NCBI GenBank assembly: GCA_037444825.1
Contig: JBBILR010000014.1
Location: forward strand, 836 to 64,835
DNA length: 64,000 bases
Origin: Acidobacteriota bacterium
Lineage (GTDB): Bacteria; Acidobacteriota; UBA4820; DSQY01
Direction of reading: 5' to 3'
The notes under the pieces are model-generated. The model was not told the DNA's origin. It did no database searches and saw only the letters and a program-made list of their open reading frames with translations. Positions 24,908 through 33,441 of this stretch are shown one piece after another (position 1 is the first letter of the stretch; every line of letters begins with the position of its first letter). Position numbers and translations under genes: made by a program.

Positions 24908-26686
24908 TCAGCCCTCCGGGTAGGCGGCCATCTCCGCCTCGGCGACGCGCCGGGTGAGGGTGTGGTAGCGGGCCCGGTTGGCCTCGAAGATCCGGCGGGC
25001 GAGGGCCCGGGTGCGTGCGGTGGCGGAGAGGGCCTTGAAGAGGGGGCGGACGAACTTCATGCGGCCCACCCGGGAAAGGACCTCCTCGATTTTGGGGAAG
25101 GCCGTTTCGAAGTCCGACTGGGCGGCGATGGTGAGCCACTCCACCAGAATCTCGTAGTTCCCCTGGCCGGATAGCCCCAAAAGACCGTCCAGCTCCCTCA
25201 GGGAGTCGGCGGGGAGCGGACGCGGGAGGTTCTGCAGGAAGAGCAGCGTCTCGTCGGGGTTGAGGGCCCGAAGGTCCTCCGCCGGGGGGCGCTCCCCCTG
25301 CCCCCACCCGGAAGCCATTCGGAGCAGGAGGGCCATGCGCGCCGACTCGAAGCGCGGTGCGTTGGCCGGAAGGCCCGGGCGGTAGAGCCACGCCTCCGCG
25401 CTCACCTGCCCGGCCAGACCGGGCAGACGCTCCTCCAAAAAGGCCAGGAACTCCTCGGTGGTGATGGAGGTGAAGCGGAAACGGCCGATATAGTCGCGGA
25501 TGAAGCGGTCGAAGACGTCACGCCCCGCCGTTTTCTCCAACAGGGCGACGAAGCGGGCCCCCTTTTCGTAGGGAACCTCCGAGTAGACCGCGTCGGGGTC
25601 CACGCCCCAGAGATCGGTCTTGAGCCGCGTCAGGGGGGAGTCGGGGCCGAAGCGCTCCATGGCCCGGTCCAGGGCCCTCTGGCCCAGGGCCCAGGCCAGG
25701 GCCGCCGCCTCCTTCCCCTTGAGGACCTCCAGGAGGCGGCGTTCGGCCCAGACGGTGAAGCCCTCGTTGAGCCAGAAGTCGTTCATGGTGGCGTTGGTGA
25801 CCAGGTTGCCCGTCCAGGAGTGGGCCAGCTCGTGGACCACCACGGCCACCAGGGAACGGTCCCCGGCCAGAAGGGTGGGGGTGAGGAAGGTCAGCCGCGG
25901 GTTTTCCATGCCGCCGTACGGGAACGAGGGCGGCAGAACCAGCATGTCGTAACGGTCCCACGGGTACGGCCCGAAGATTCCCTCGGCGGCGGCGATCATG
26001 GACTCGGTGCCCGCGAACTCGAAGGCGGCCGCCTCCACCGTCTCCGGCTCCGCCCAGATCCGCGAGCGGGGACCGATTTCCCGGCTCTCCAGCCGGCCCA
26101 CGGCCAGGGCGAAGAGGTAGGTGGGGATGGGCTGGGGCATCTCGAAGAGGAAAGTTCTGCCCTCCGGGCCGCTCCGCGCGCCCAGGGGAGCCGCCGCCAT
26201 CACCGCCGTGAAGCCCTCGGGCACGGTGATTTCGGCCCGGTAGGTCACCCGGACGCGGGGGCTGTCTTGGCAGGGGAAGATGGAGCGGGCGTGGTGGGGC
26301 TGGCACTGGCTGAAGAGGAAGGGGAGGCTTCCCCCCGCCGTCTGGGCCGGCTCCAGCCACTGGAGCCCCGTGGCCTCGGGGGAGGTGGCGAAGGCGATCC
26401 GGACCGCTTCGGTTCCGGGGGGGAGGTCCAGGGTGAGGCGGCGGCCGAGGATGGGGTCGGGGTCTCCCAGGGCGTGGTGGACGGGCCGGCCGTCCTGGGC
26501 GGCCGCGGAGAGGATGCGCAGCCCGTCGGAGTCCAGGTCGAGGGGGCCGGAAGAGGCCCCGTCGAAGTGGAGGAGCACCTCTCCCGACAGGGTCTTCGAC
26601 GGGAAATCGGGGCGCAGGAACAGTTCCAGCCGGCGAACGAGGGGATGGTCGGGGTCGAAAAAGGAGTGGGGGTCGGTGCGGGACAT
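24908..26686 (-). CDS. M1-family zinc aminopeptidase (leukotriene A4 hydrolase/aminopeptidase-like)
   Basis: 592 aa within the 24908..28147 track ORF. GGMENP exopeptidase motif, HELAHSWTGN plus WLNEGF (HEXXH-X18-E), and a helical C-terminal LTA4H-like domain. ATG 26686 lies 5 nt after AAGGAG. Confidence 0.9.
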   Translation of the reverse strand: MSRTDPHSFFDPDHPLVRRLELFLRPDFPSKTLSGEVLLHFDGASSGPLDLDSDGLRILSAAAQDGRPVHHALGDPDPILGRRLTLDLPPGTEAVRIAFATSPEATGLQWLEPAQTAGGSLPFLFSQCQPHHARSIFPCQDSPRVRVTYRAEITVPEGFTAVMAAAPLGARSGPEGRTFLFEMPQPIPTYLFALAVGRLESREIGPRSRIWAEPETVEAAAFEFAGTESMIAAAEGIFGPYPWDRYDMLVLPPSFPYGGMENPRLTFLTPTLLAGDRSLVAVVVHELAHSWTGNLVTNATMNDFWLNEGFTVWAERRLLEVLKGKEAAALAWALGQRALDRAMERFGPDSPLTRLKTDLWGVDPDAVYSEVPYEKGARFVALLEKTAGRDVFDRFIRDYIGRFRFTSITTEEFLAFLEERLPGLAGQVSAEAWLYRPGLPANAPRFESARMALLLRMASGWGQGERPPAEDLRALNPDETLLFLQNLPRPLPADSLRELDGLLGLSGQGNYEILVEWLTIAAQSDFETAFPKIEEVLSRVGRMKFVRPLFKALSATARTRALARRIFEANRARYHTLTRRVAEAEMAAYPEG

Positions 26687-26784
26687 GGCGGCTCCTTCCG
26701 GAGGGGTCCCGGAGGGGGGTGCCCTGCCTGGACCGGAAGGGGGAGCATACCGCGGAGGGTGGGGGCGACTCAAGGGGGAAGGGG

Positions 26785-26813
26785 TTGCCAGAAGGGCCAT
26801 CTTTTGATATCGT
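26785..26813 (+). promoter_or_regulatory. Putative promoter of rplY-pth
   Basis: TTGCCA (26785-26790), a 17-nt spacer, then TATCGT (26808-26813), about 48 nt before ATG 26861. Confidence 0.4.
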
Positions 26814-26860
26814 TGCCCTTTCACCAGGGTACCGAACCCCGGACCCCGTAGGAGCGACCC

Positions 26861-27562
26861 ATGATGGAGCAGAAGTTCATCGAAATCGAAGTCGAACCGC
26901 GGCCCCAGGTGCGCAAGAAGGGCCGCCAGTGGGCCAAGTCCAAGGGCCTGATCCCCGGTATCGTCTACGGGGGAGGGAAGGAGCCGGTGCCCATCGGCGT
27001 GGACCCCAAGAAGATCATCGAGATCTTGAGGTCCGAAAAGGGGCGGAACTCCATCCTGCTCTTCTCCCTGAAGGGCACCAAGGCCCAGCGCCACGTCATG
27101 GTGAAGGACATCCAGATCAACCCCGTCACCAACGAGCTCATCCACGCGGACTTCACCCGCATCATGATGGACCAGAAGGTGAAGGTCCGCGTTCCGGTGG
27201 TCTTCGAGGGGACCGCCTACGGCGTGAAGAACGAGGGGGGGCTGGTGGACGTCATCATGCGGGAGGTCCAGGTGGAGTGCCTTCCCGCGGACATCCCCGA
27301 CAAGGTCGTGGTGAACCTGGCCCCGCTTCGCGTGGGGGACAGCGTGAAGGTCTCCGACCTCTCCCTGCCCGAAGGCGTCAAGGTGGTGGGGACCGACCTC
27401 CACCAGCCGGTGGTGAACGTGGTGGCCCCGCGCATCGAAACCGCCGCCCCCGCCGCCGAAACCGCCGAGGCCGCCCAGGAGCCGGAGGTGATCGGCAAGG
27501 GCAAGAAGGCCGAGGCGGAAGAGGAAGAGGGCAAGGAGAAGAAGGAAAAGGAAGGCAAGTAG
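26861..27562 (+). CDS. rplY: 50S ribosomal protein L25 / general stress protein Ctc
   Basis: GLIPGIVYGGGKEP, HADF, a two-domain Ctc-type length (233 aa) and a K/E-rich tail. Confidence 0.9.
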   Translation: MMEQKFIEIEVEPRPQVRKKGRQWAKSKGLIPGIVYGGGKEPVPIGVDPKKIIEILRSEKGRNSILLFSLKGTKAQRHVMVKDIQINPVTNELIHADFTRIMMDQKVKVRVPVVFEGTAYGVKNEGGLVDVIMREVQVECLPADIPDKVVVNLAPLRVGDSVKVSDLSLPEGVKVVGTDLHQPVVNVVAPRIETAAPAAETAEAAQEPEVIGKGKKAEAEEEEGKEKKEKEGK

Positions 27563-27583
27563 CCCCTTTTCCCCCGTCGCGCC

Positions 27584-28189
27584 ATGGCCGTCGAATTCCT
27601 CGTGGCGGGGCTCGGGAACCCCGGGCCCCGCTACGACCGTTCCCCCCACAATGCCGGCTTCCTGGTGGCCGACCGATTGCGCGCCCTCGCCCGGGGGCCT
27701 TCCTTTTCCCGGAAAGGGGAGGCGGAGGTGAGCCCCTGCCGGTGGAGGGGACACGGATTCCTCCTCGTCAAACCCCTCACCTTCATGAACCTCAGCGGGC
27801 GGGCCGTGGCCCGGCTGCTCCACGACGAGGACCTCCCCCCCGAACGGCTCGTCGTGGTCTTCGACGACCTGGACCTTCCCTTCGGGCGGGTGCGCCTCCG
27901 GCCCTCCGGCGGCACGGGGGGCCACCACGGCATGGAGTCCATCGTGGAGCACCTGGGGACCGCCGCCTTCCCCCGGGTCCGCCTGGGGATCCAGGACCCC
28001 GGAGTCGCCAAGGAGGAGCAGGTGGACTACCTCCTCACCCCCCTTCCGCCGGAACGCTTCCAGGTCCTGGAGGAGGCGGCGGAGCGGGCGGCCCGGGCGA
28101 TCCTCGACGCCGTGGCGGCCGGCTTCAACTCCGCCATGAACCGCCACAACCGCCGCGAGCCCTCCGAGAGCGGCGAGGAGTGGGGCTGA
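27584..28189 (+). CDS. pth: Peptidyl-tRNA hydrolase
   Basis: LVAGLGNPGPRYDRSPHNAGF, KPLTFMNLSG and DDLDLPFGRVRLRPSGGTGGHHG. Confidence 0.95.
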   Translation: MAVEFLVAGLGNPGPRYDRSPHNAGFLVADRLRALARGPSFSRKGEAEVSPCRWRGHGFLLVKPLTFMNLSGRAVARLLHDEDLPPERLVVVFDDLDLPFGRVRLRPSGGTGGHHGMESIVEHLGTAAFPRVRLGIQDPGVAKEEQVDYLLTPLPPERFQVLEEAAERAARAILDAVAAGFNSAMNRHNRREPSESGEEWG

Positions 28190-28192
28190 GAG

Positions 28193-28222
28193 TGGACAGG
28201 GCCGGGCCTTTCGTGGTACGCT
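28193..28222 (+). promoter_or_regulatory. Putative promoter of the rpsF operon
   Basis: TGGACA (28193-28198), an 18-nt spacer, then TACGCT (28217-28222). Confidence 0.3.
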
Positions 28223-28284
28223 GAAAGACGCCTTCTTCCTCCTCCCGGGTGTGGAGGGGGCTCAGGCCAGAAGGAGGACAAGAC

Positions 28285-28692
28285 GTGAGACATTACGAGA
28301 CGATGGTGGTGTTGCCGCCGAACCTCGGGGAGGCAGACCTGGAGGCCGTGGTGTCCCAGGTGGAGAAGGACCTCCTCGAGCGCTTCGGCGGCCAGAACCT
28401 GGCGATCCACCGCTGGGGCAAGCGGACCCTCGCCTACCCCATTCGGAAGTTCACCGAGGGGTACTACGTGCTCTTCGAGTACGACTCCGACCGGGAGGAC
28501 TGCGTGGCGGGCGTGGAGCAGCGCCTGAGGCTCAACGAGAGCGTCATGCGGTACCTGACGGTGCGCCGCGACGAGGAGTTCCGGTCGGAGGCCAAGATGA
28601 AGGCGCGGACGGCCAAGCGGCGCCGCCACGCCGAGGAAGAGGACGTCGACCTCGGGGACACCTTCTCCGAAGAAGACCAGGACGTGGAGTGA
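28285..28692 (+). CDS. rpsF: 30S ribosomal protein S6
   Basis: RHYETMVVL...WGKRTLAYPI....GYYVL with an acidic tail. GTG 28285 lies 7 nt after AAGGAGG; the 12 upstream codons in the track are rejected. Confidence 0.92.
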   Translation: MRHYETMVVLPPNLGEADLEAVVSQVEKDLLERFGGQNLAIHRWGKRTLAYPIRKFTEGYYVLFEYDSDREDCVAGVEQRLRLNESVMRYLTVRRDEEFRSEAKMKARTAKRRRHAEEEDVDLGDTFSEEDQDVE

Positions 28693-28701
28693 GGACGGGC
28701 C

Positions 28702-28977
28702 ATGAGCGACCCCAGAAAAGACGCCAAGGGCGCCAAGAAGAAGCGCTTCTACAAGAAGGACTACCTCTTCAAGCGGAAGAAGTACTGCAAGTTCTGCGAC
28801 ACGGGGGTGGCCTTCATCGACTACAAGGACGTGAAGCTCCTCTCGGGGTACCTCCGCGAGCGGGCCAAGATCGTGCCGCGGCGGATCTCCGGGACTTGCG
28901 CCATCCACCAGCGCCAGCTCACGGCGGCCATCAAGCGCGCCCGCCTGCTGGCCCTCCTGCCCTTCACCCAGGACTGA
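28702..28977 (+). CDS. rpsR: 30S ribosomal protein S18
   Basis: CKFC....[21 protein letters not shown] and [12 protein letters not shown]. Confidence 0.95.
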   Translation: MSDPRKDAKGAKKKRFYKKDYLFKRKKYCKFCDTGVAFIDYKDVKLLSGYLRERAKIVPRRISGTCAIHQRQLTAAIKRARLLALLPFTQD

Positions 28978-28991
28978 CGGAGGAGGGGCCC

Positions 28992-29438
28992 ATGAAGATC
29001 ATCCTCAAGGAAGACGTGGAAAACCTCGGCAAGCGGGGCGCGGTGGTGACGGTGAAGGACGGGTACGCCCGGAACTACCTCCTTCCCAAGGGCATGGCCA
29101 TGCGGTTCACGCCGGGGGCCGTCAAGGTTCTGGAGCAGGAGCGCCGGATGTACGAGACGCGCCAGCTCAAGGCCAAGGAAGACGCCCAGGCCCTTGCCGA
29201 GAAGCTCGAGGCCCTGGAGCTTTCCGTCCTCAAGCGGGCGGGGGACCAGGACGTGCTCTACGGCTCCGTCACCCCCACCGACGTGGCGGACCTGCTGAAG
29301 GACAAGGGCTTCACCGTGGACAAGCGGAAGATCGTCCTCCACGAGCCCATCAAGAAGCTCGGCGAGTACGAGATCCCCATCCGCCTGCACCCGGAGGTTA
29401 CCCCCAAGGTGAAATTGGTCGTTCGGAAAGAAGAGTAG
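28992..29438 (+). CDS. rplI: 50S ribosomal protein L9
   Basis: MKIILKEDVENLGKRGAVVTVKDGYARNYLLPKG. ATG lies 5 nt after AGGAGG. Confidence 0.95.
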   Translation: MKIILKEDVENLGKRGAVVTVKDGYARNYLLPKGMAMRFTPGAVKVLEQERRMYETRQLKAKEDAQALAEKLEALELSVLKRAGDQDVLYGSVTPTDVADLLKDKGFTVDKRKIVLHEPIKKLGEYEIPIRLHPEVTPKVKLVVRKEE

Positions 29439-29439
29439 G

Positions 29440-29832
29440 ATGCGTCCCACGTTCCCGCGGTGGAAGGCGTACGCCCTGGCCCTTCCGACCCTGCTCCTCC
29501 CCGGGCTTTCCCACCTGTGTCTGGGGCGGAAGGGCCGGGCGGCGGCCTTCTTCCTCATCGTGGGGACCACCTACGCCGTGGGCCTGCACCTCTCCGGCGC
29601 CCTCTTCCCCTTCGACGCCCCCAACTGGCTCTACCGCCTGGGGGCGGTGGGCCAGGCGGGCCTGGGCCTCCTCTACGTGGGCGGGCGGGTCCTGGGGCTC
29701 GGGAAGCTGGGCCCCGATGCCGTCACCGACGTGATGTTCGGTTACGGCAGCACCTTCCTGGTGACGGCGGGCCTCATGAACATGCTCCTCATGATGGACG
29801 CCTTCGACATCGCCGTGGGGAGGAAGGACTGA
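29440..29832 (+). CDS. Small integral membrane protein (hypothetical)
   Basis: 130 aa with 3-4 hydrophobic helices and a PGLSHLCLGRKGR motif of the type seen in TM2/DUF-type membrane proteins. The ATG is 1 nt after the rplI stop. Confidence 0.55.
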   Translation: MRPTFPRWKAYALALPTLLLPGLSHLCLGRKGRAAAFFLIVGTTYAVGLHLSGALFPFDAPNWLYRLGAVGQAGLGLLYVGGRVLGLGKLGPDAVTDVMFGYGSTFLVTAGLMNMLLMMDAFDIAVGRKD

Positions 29833-30008
29833 TGCTGCGGGACCACTTCCTCTCGCTCCTCGCGTACTCCGTCCTGGTGGCCCTCTTCTTCGCCTTCCTG
29901 TACCACCGCGAGCCGCGGGCCCTCCTGAGGTCCGCCGCCAAGACCCTGGGCTGGATGGTGGTGGGGTCCCTCCTCTTCGCGTTCCTCATGTTCTGGACGG
30001 GGCCGTGA
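29832..30008 (+). CDS. Small membrane protein (58 aa, two TM helices)
   Basis: MLRDHFLSLLAYSVLVALFFAFLYHREPRALLRSAAKTLGWMVVGSLLFAFLMFWTGP. It is joined by TGATG to the upstream gene and by CCGTGA to the downstream gene. Confidence 0.5.
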   Translation: MLRDHFLSLLAYSVLVALFFAFLYHREPRALLRSAAKTLGWMVVGSLLFAFLMFWTGP

Positions 30009-30376
30009 CCGCCCGGACCTTCTTCCGGTACTGGCTCCCCCCCCTCCTCTACCTGGCTCTCATCTACCTCCTCTCCGGGATGCCCGCCCCCCCCATTCCG
30101 GCGGGCTGGGACGGGAACCTCCTGCACTACCCGGAGTACGCCCTCCTCGGCCTCCTCCTCGCCCGGGCCCTCGAAGGCGGGCGTAGGGACGCCCCCCTGC
30201 TCCCGGTCCTGCTGGGGTCCTTGGCGCTGGCGGTGGTGCTAGGCGCCCTGGACGAAGTGCACCAAAGCTTCGTTCCGGGCCGCATGCCCGACCCCGTGGA
30301 CTGGTGGCACGACGCGGTGGGGGCCGCCCTAGGGGCGGCCTTCTGGGGAATCTGGCGATGGACCCGCTCCAGGTGA
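30005..30376 (+). CDS. VanZ-like family membrane protein
   Basis: HYPEYALLGLLLARAL and LGALDEVHQSFVPGR..D..D...D..GA are the VanZ-family pattern. 4 TM helices. Confidence 0.7.
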   Translation: MTARTFFRYWLPPLLYLALIYLLSGMPAPPIPAGWDGNLLHYPEYALLGLLLARALEGGRRDAPLLPVLLGSLALAVVLGALDEVHQSFVPGRMPDPVDWWHDAVGAALGAAFWGIWRWTRSR

Positions 30377-31938
30377 CGCTGGCCTTCGGCGGCGGGGTCC
30401 TGGCCGCCCTGTTGGCGGTGGGGCTTCTTCGCTGGGCGCGCCGGCCGGCGCCTCCCGAAGCCCCCCCGGAGCCGACCCTTCCTTCCCGGGGCCTGGTGGA
30501 CGGCCACCGCCCGCCCCACTGGGGGAGCCTGGCCTGCCAGCTCCTGGGCATGCTCCGGACGGCGGTGGAGGCCGAGGGCGCCGTCTGCCTCCTTCCCGAA
30601 GGGACGGGCTGGCGGGTGGCGGCGGCGAGCCCGGGGATGAAGGCCCCCTCCTTCGTGCCCCGGCGGGAGGGCCTTCTGGTGCTCGCCCTGGAGGGTGGGC
30701 AGGAGGTGACCGCCGAATCGGTCCACCCCGCCGCCCTCGGGTATCTGCCGGACCGGAACGAGCAGGTCGCCGTGGCCTTCGTCCCCCTGGTGCACCGGGG
30801 AAAGCCCCGGGGGCTCGTGGCGGTCCACCGGCCGGCGGGAAGGCCCTTCCGGTCTTCGGAGACGGCTTTGGCCAGCCGCTGGGCCCACCTCTTCGACGCC
30901 TGGGAGACCACCGCGGCTCACCTGGACCTGCTTCAGGCCCGAAGCGACGAGGCGGACCGCCTGGCGCGGGCCCTGGAAGACCTCCTCGGCCAGCGAGAGC
31001 CCCGGGAGATGGCGGGGCGGATCCTGGACCACCTCTTCGACCTCCTTCCGGCGCTCTACGGGTACACCATTCTGTACAGCGCCGTGTACCGGGAGGCCTA
31101 CATCGAATCCAAGCGCTTCGAGGTGCCCGAGACCTTCGATTACCTGGAGCGGAGCACCTGGACCTACTGGGTCATCCAGAAGGGGCGGGAGCCCCTCTAT
31201 TTGGAGGGGCCCGCCAGCCGGGAGACGGCCATGCCGGTCCTCTTCGAGGGGGAGCCCTTCCCGGCCGGTTCGGTGGCCTACCTCCACCCCCTGGCCTCCG
31301 GCGGGGAGATCTTCGGCGTGGTGGGGATGGTGGGAAAGGAGGAGTCCCCCTTCTCCGAGGAGGGGCGGAAGGCGGCGGGACGCCTCATCGGCCAGGCCGC
31401 GGCGCTCATCCACCTGGCCCTTCTCAAGGACTACCAGGAGAAGTACGCCACGCGGGACGGCCTCACGGAGCTGTACAACCGCCGCCACTTCGACGCCGAG
31501 TTTCCCAAGGAGCTCAGCCGCTCCCAGCGGGAGGGCAGGCCCCTCTCCCTTCTCATGATCGACCTGGACCACTTCAAGGCCGTCAACGACACCTTCGGCC
31601 ACCCGGCCGGCGACCTCGTTCTCAAGGAAGTGACCCGGGCCATCCGGAGGGAACTGAGGGAAATCGACCTTCTGTGCCGGTACGGGGGGGAGGAGTTCTG
31701 CGCCGTCCTGCCCGGATGCGCCTCGGGGGAGGCGGTGGCGGTGGCCGAGCGGATCCGGGCGGCGGTGGAGTCCCTGCCCTGGGGCGGGCGGTCGGCCCTC
31801 CCCTCGGCCGTCACCGTCAGCGTCGGAGTGGCCACCTTTCCCCGGCCCCATTCCAACCCCCAGGCCCTCCTCCAGGCCGCCGACGAAGCCCTGTACGTGG
31901 CCAAGAAGCGCGGCCGGAACCGCGTGGCGGCGGTGTGA
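30358..31938 (+). CDS. Membrane-anchored diguanylate cyclase (TM + GAF-like sensor regions + GGDEF)
   Basis: DGLTELYNRRHF, LLMIDLDHFKAVNDTFGHPAGD, active site RYGGEEF with the I-site REID exactly 5 residues upstream, and EALYVAKKRGRNRV. ATG 30358 is chosen over the track start 30304. Confidence 0.88.
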   Translation: MDPLQVTLAFGGGVLAALLAVGLLRWARRPAPPEAPPEPTLPSRGLVDGHRPPHWGSLACQLLGMLRTAVEAEGAVCLLPEGTGWRVAAASPGMKAPSFVPRREGLLVLALEGGQEVTAESVHPAALGYLPDRNEQVAVAFVPLVHRGKPRGLVAVHRPAGRPFRSSETALASRWAHLFDAWETTAAHLDLLQARSDEADRLARALEDLLGQREPREMAGRILDHLFDLLPALYGYTILYSAVYREAYIESKRFEVPETFDYLERSTWTYWVIQKGREPLYLEGPASRETAMPVLFEGEPFPAGSVAYLHPLASGGEIFGVVGMVGKEESPFSEEGRKAAGRLIGQAAALIHLALLKDYQEKYATRDGLTELYNRRHFDAEFPKELSRSQREGRPLSLLMIDLDHFKAVNDTFGHPAGDLVLKEVTRAIRRELREIDLLCRYGGEEFCAVLPGCASGEAVAVAERIRAAVESLPWGGRSALPSAVTVSVGVATFPRPHSNPQALLQAADEALYVAKKRGRNRVAAV

Positions 31939-31947
31939 GGCGGAATT

Positions 31948-31975
31948 CGGAAGGCGGAAGTCGGAAGTGGAAAAG
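31948..31975 (+). repeat. Purine-rich heptad repeat (CGGAAGN x3 then GGAAAAG)
   Basis: CGGAAG at 31948, 31955 and 31962 (period 7), directly after the cyclase stop codon. Confidence 0.5.
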
Positions 31976-32072
31976 ACGAGTGACGAAGTGCGAATGGCGG
32001 ATCGATCAAGGTCCCGAAATCCTGCGGACCGGCTCTCCCGCGCCGCCTTTCGGGCCCGACGGGCTCGCCGGG

Positions 32073-32102
32073 TTGACCGGGAGGGCAATTGTCCTTTAAA
32101 AT
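32073..32102 (+). promoter_or_regulatory. Putative promoter of purD
   Basis: TTGACC (32073-32078), an 18-nt spacer, then TAAAAT (32097-32102), 21 nt before ATG 32124. Confidence 0.45.
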
Positions 32103-32123
32103 GAAGCCTTAGAGGGGAATCCC

Positions 32124-33392
32124 ATGCGCGTGCTGCTGGTGGGAAGCGGAGGAAGGGAACACGCCCTGGCCCGAAGCCTTGCCCGCTCCCCCCGCGTCCG
32201 CGACCTCCTGTGGGCCCCCGGCAACGGGGGGGCCTCGGGTAACGTCCGGACCTTCCCCGTGAAGAGCGAAGACGTGGAGGGTCTCGCCCGACTGGCCCGC
32301 GAGGAGCGGGCGGACCTGGTGGTGGCGGGCCCCGAGGTCCCGCTGGCCCTGGGCCTGGCCGACCGCCTCGCCTCCCTCTCCATCCCCTGCTTCGGCCCCG
32401 TGTCGGGGGCGGCGCGCCTGGAGGCCTCCAAGGTCTTCACCAAGGAGTTCTGCCGGCGGTGGTCCATCCCCGCCGCCGAGGGGAGGGTCTTCCACCGCGC
32501 CGACGAGGCCTGTGGGTATCTGGAGTCCTACGAGGGGCCGTTCCCGCTGGTCCTCAAGGCCGACGGCCTGGCGGCCGGGAAAGGGGTTCTGCTCTGCGGG
32601 AACCGGCCGGAGGCCCTTCGGGCCGTGGAGGCCATTCTCGTCCGCCGGGACTTCGGGGAGGCGGGGGACCGCCTTCTGATCGAGGAGTTCCTTGAGGGGG
32701 AGGAGGCTTCCCTGTTGGTCTTCGCCGACGGGGAAGACTACGCCGTCATGCCCCCGGCGCGGGACTACAAGCGGGCCGAGGACGGGGACCGTGGCCCCAA
32801 CACCGGCGGCATGGGTGCCTACTGCCCGGCGGCGGTTCTCTCGGAAACGGCGCTGCGGGAGGCCCTCCGCTCCATCGTGGAGCCGGCCCTCCGGGGAATC
32901 GCCGCCGAGGGCTTTCCGTACCGCGGGGTCCTCTACGCCGGCCTCATGGTCACCGCCTCCGGTCCCAAGCTCCTGGAGTTCAACTGCCGCTTCGGGGACC
33001 CCGAGACCCAGGTAGTCCTGCCCCGCCTGGAGACGGACCTGGTGGACGTGGCCCTGGCCTGCGCCCGGGGCGGCCTCCGCTCCGTGGAGCTCCGCTGGAA
33101 GGCCGAGGCGGCGGTGACGGTGGTCCTGGCCTCCCGGGGTTACCCCGGCCCCTACCGGACGGGGATTCCCATCGAGGGCGTCGAGGAGGCGGAGGCGTTG
33201 CCGGGGGTCCAGGTCTTCCACGCCGGGACCCGGAGGGAGGGGGACCGGCTGGTCACCGCCGGCGGCAGGGTCCTCGACGTGACGGCCCTGGCGCCCACGG
33301 TGGAGGAGGCCCGACAAAGGGCCTACCGCGCCGCGGACACGATTCGCTTCGAAGGCAAGACGTATCGGACGGACATCGCCGGGGGCCTCTGA
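32124..33392 (+). CDS. purD: Phosphoribosylamine--glycine ligase
   Basis: MRVLLVGSGGREHALA, the ATP-grasp motif VLKADGLAAGKGV, GPNTGGMGAY and LEFNCRFGDPE. Confidence 0.95.
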   Translation: MRVLLVGSGGREHALARSLARSPRVRDLLWAPGNGGASGNVRTFPVKSEDVEGLARLAREERADLVVAGPEVPLALGLADRLASLSIPCFGPVSGAARLEASKVFTKEFCRRWSIPAAEGRVFHRADEACGYLESYEGPFPLVLKADGLAAGKGVLLCGNRPEALRAVEAILVRRDFGEAGDRLLIEEFLEGEEASLLVFADGEDYAVMPPARDYKRAEDGDRGPNTGGMGAYCPAAVLSETALREALRSIVEPALRGIAAEGFPYRGVLYAGLMVTASGPKLLEFNCRFGDPETQVVLPRLETDLVDVALACARGGLRSVELRWKAEAAVTVVLASRGYPGPYRTGIPIEGVEEAEALPGVQVFHAGTRREGDRLVTAGGRVLDVTALAPTVEEARQRAYRAADTIRFEGKTYRTDIAGGL

Positions 33393-33441
33393 GCCCCCGT
33401 CTTCGGCCCGCCGGGGCCCCTCATTCGAAAGAGAGGACACC

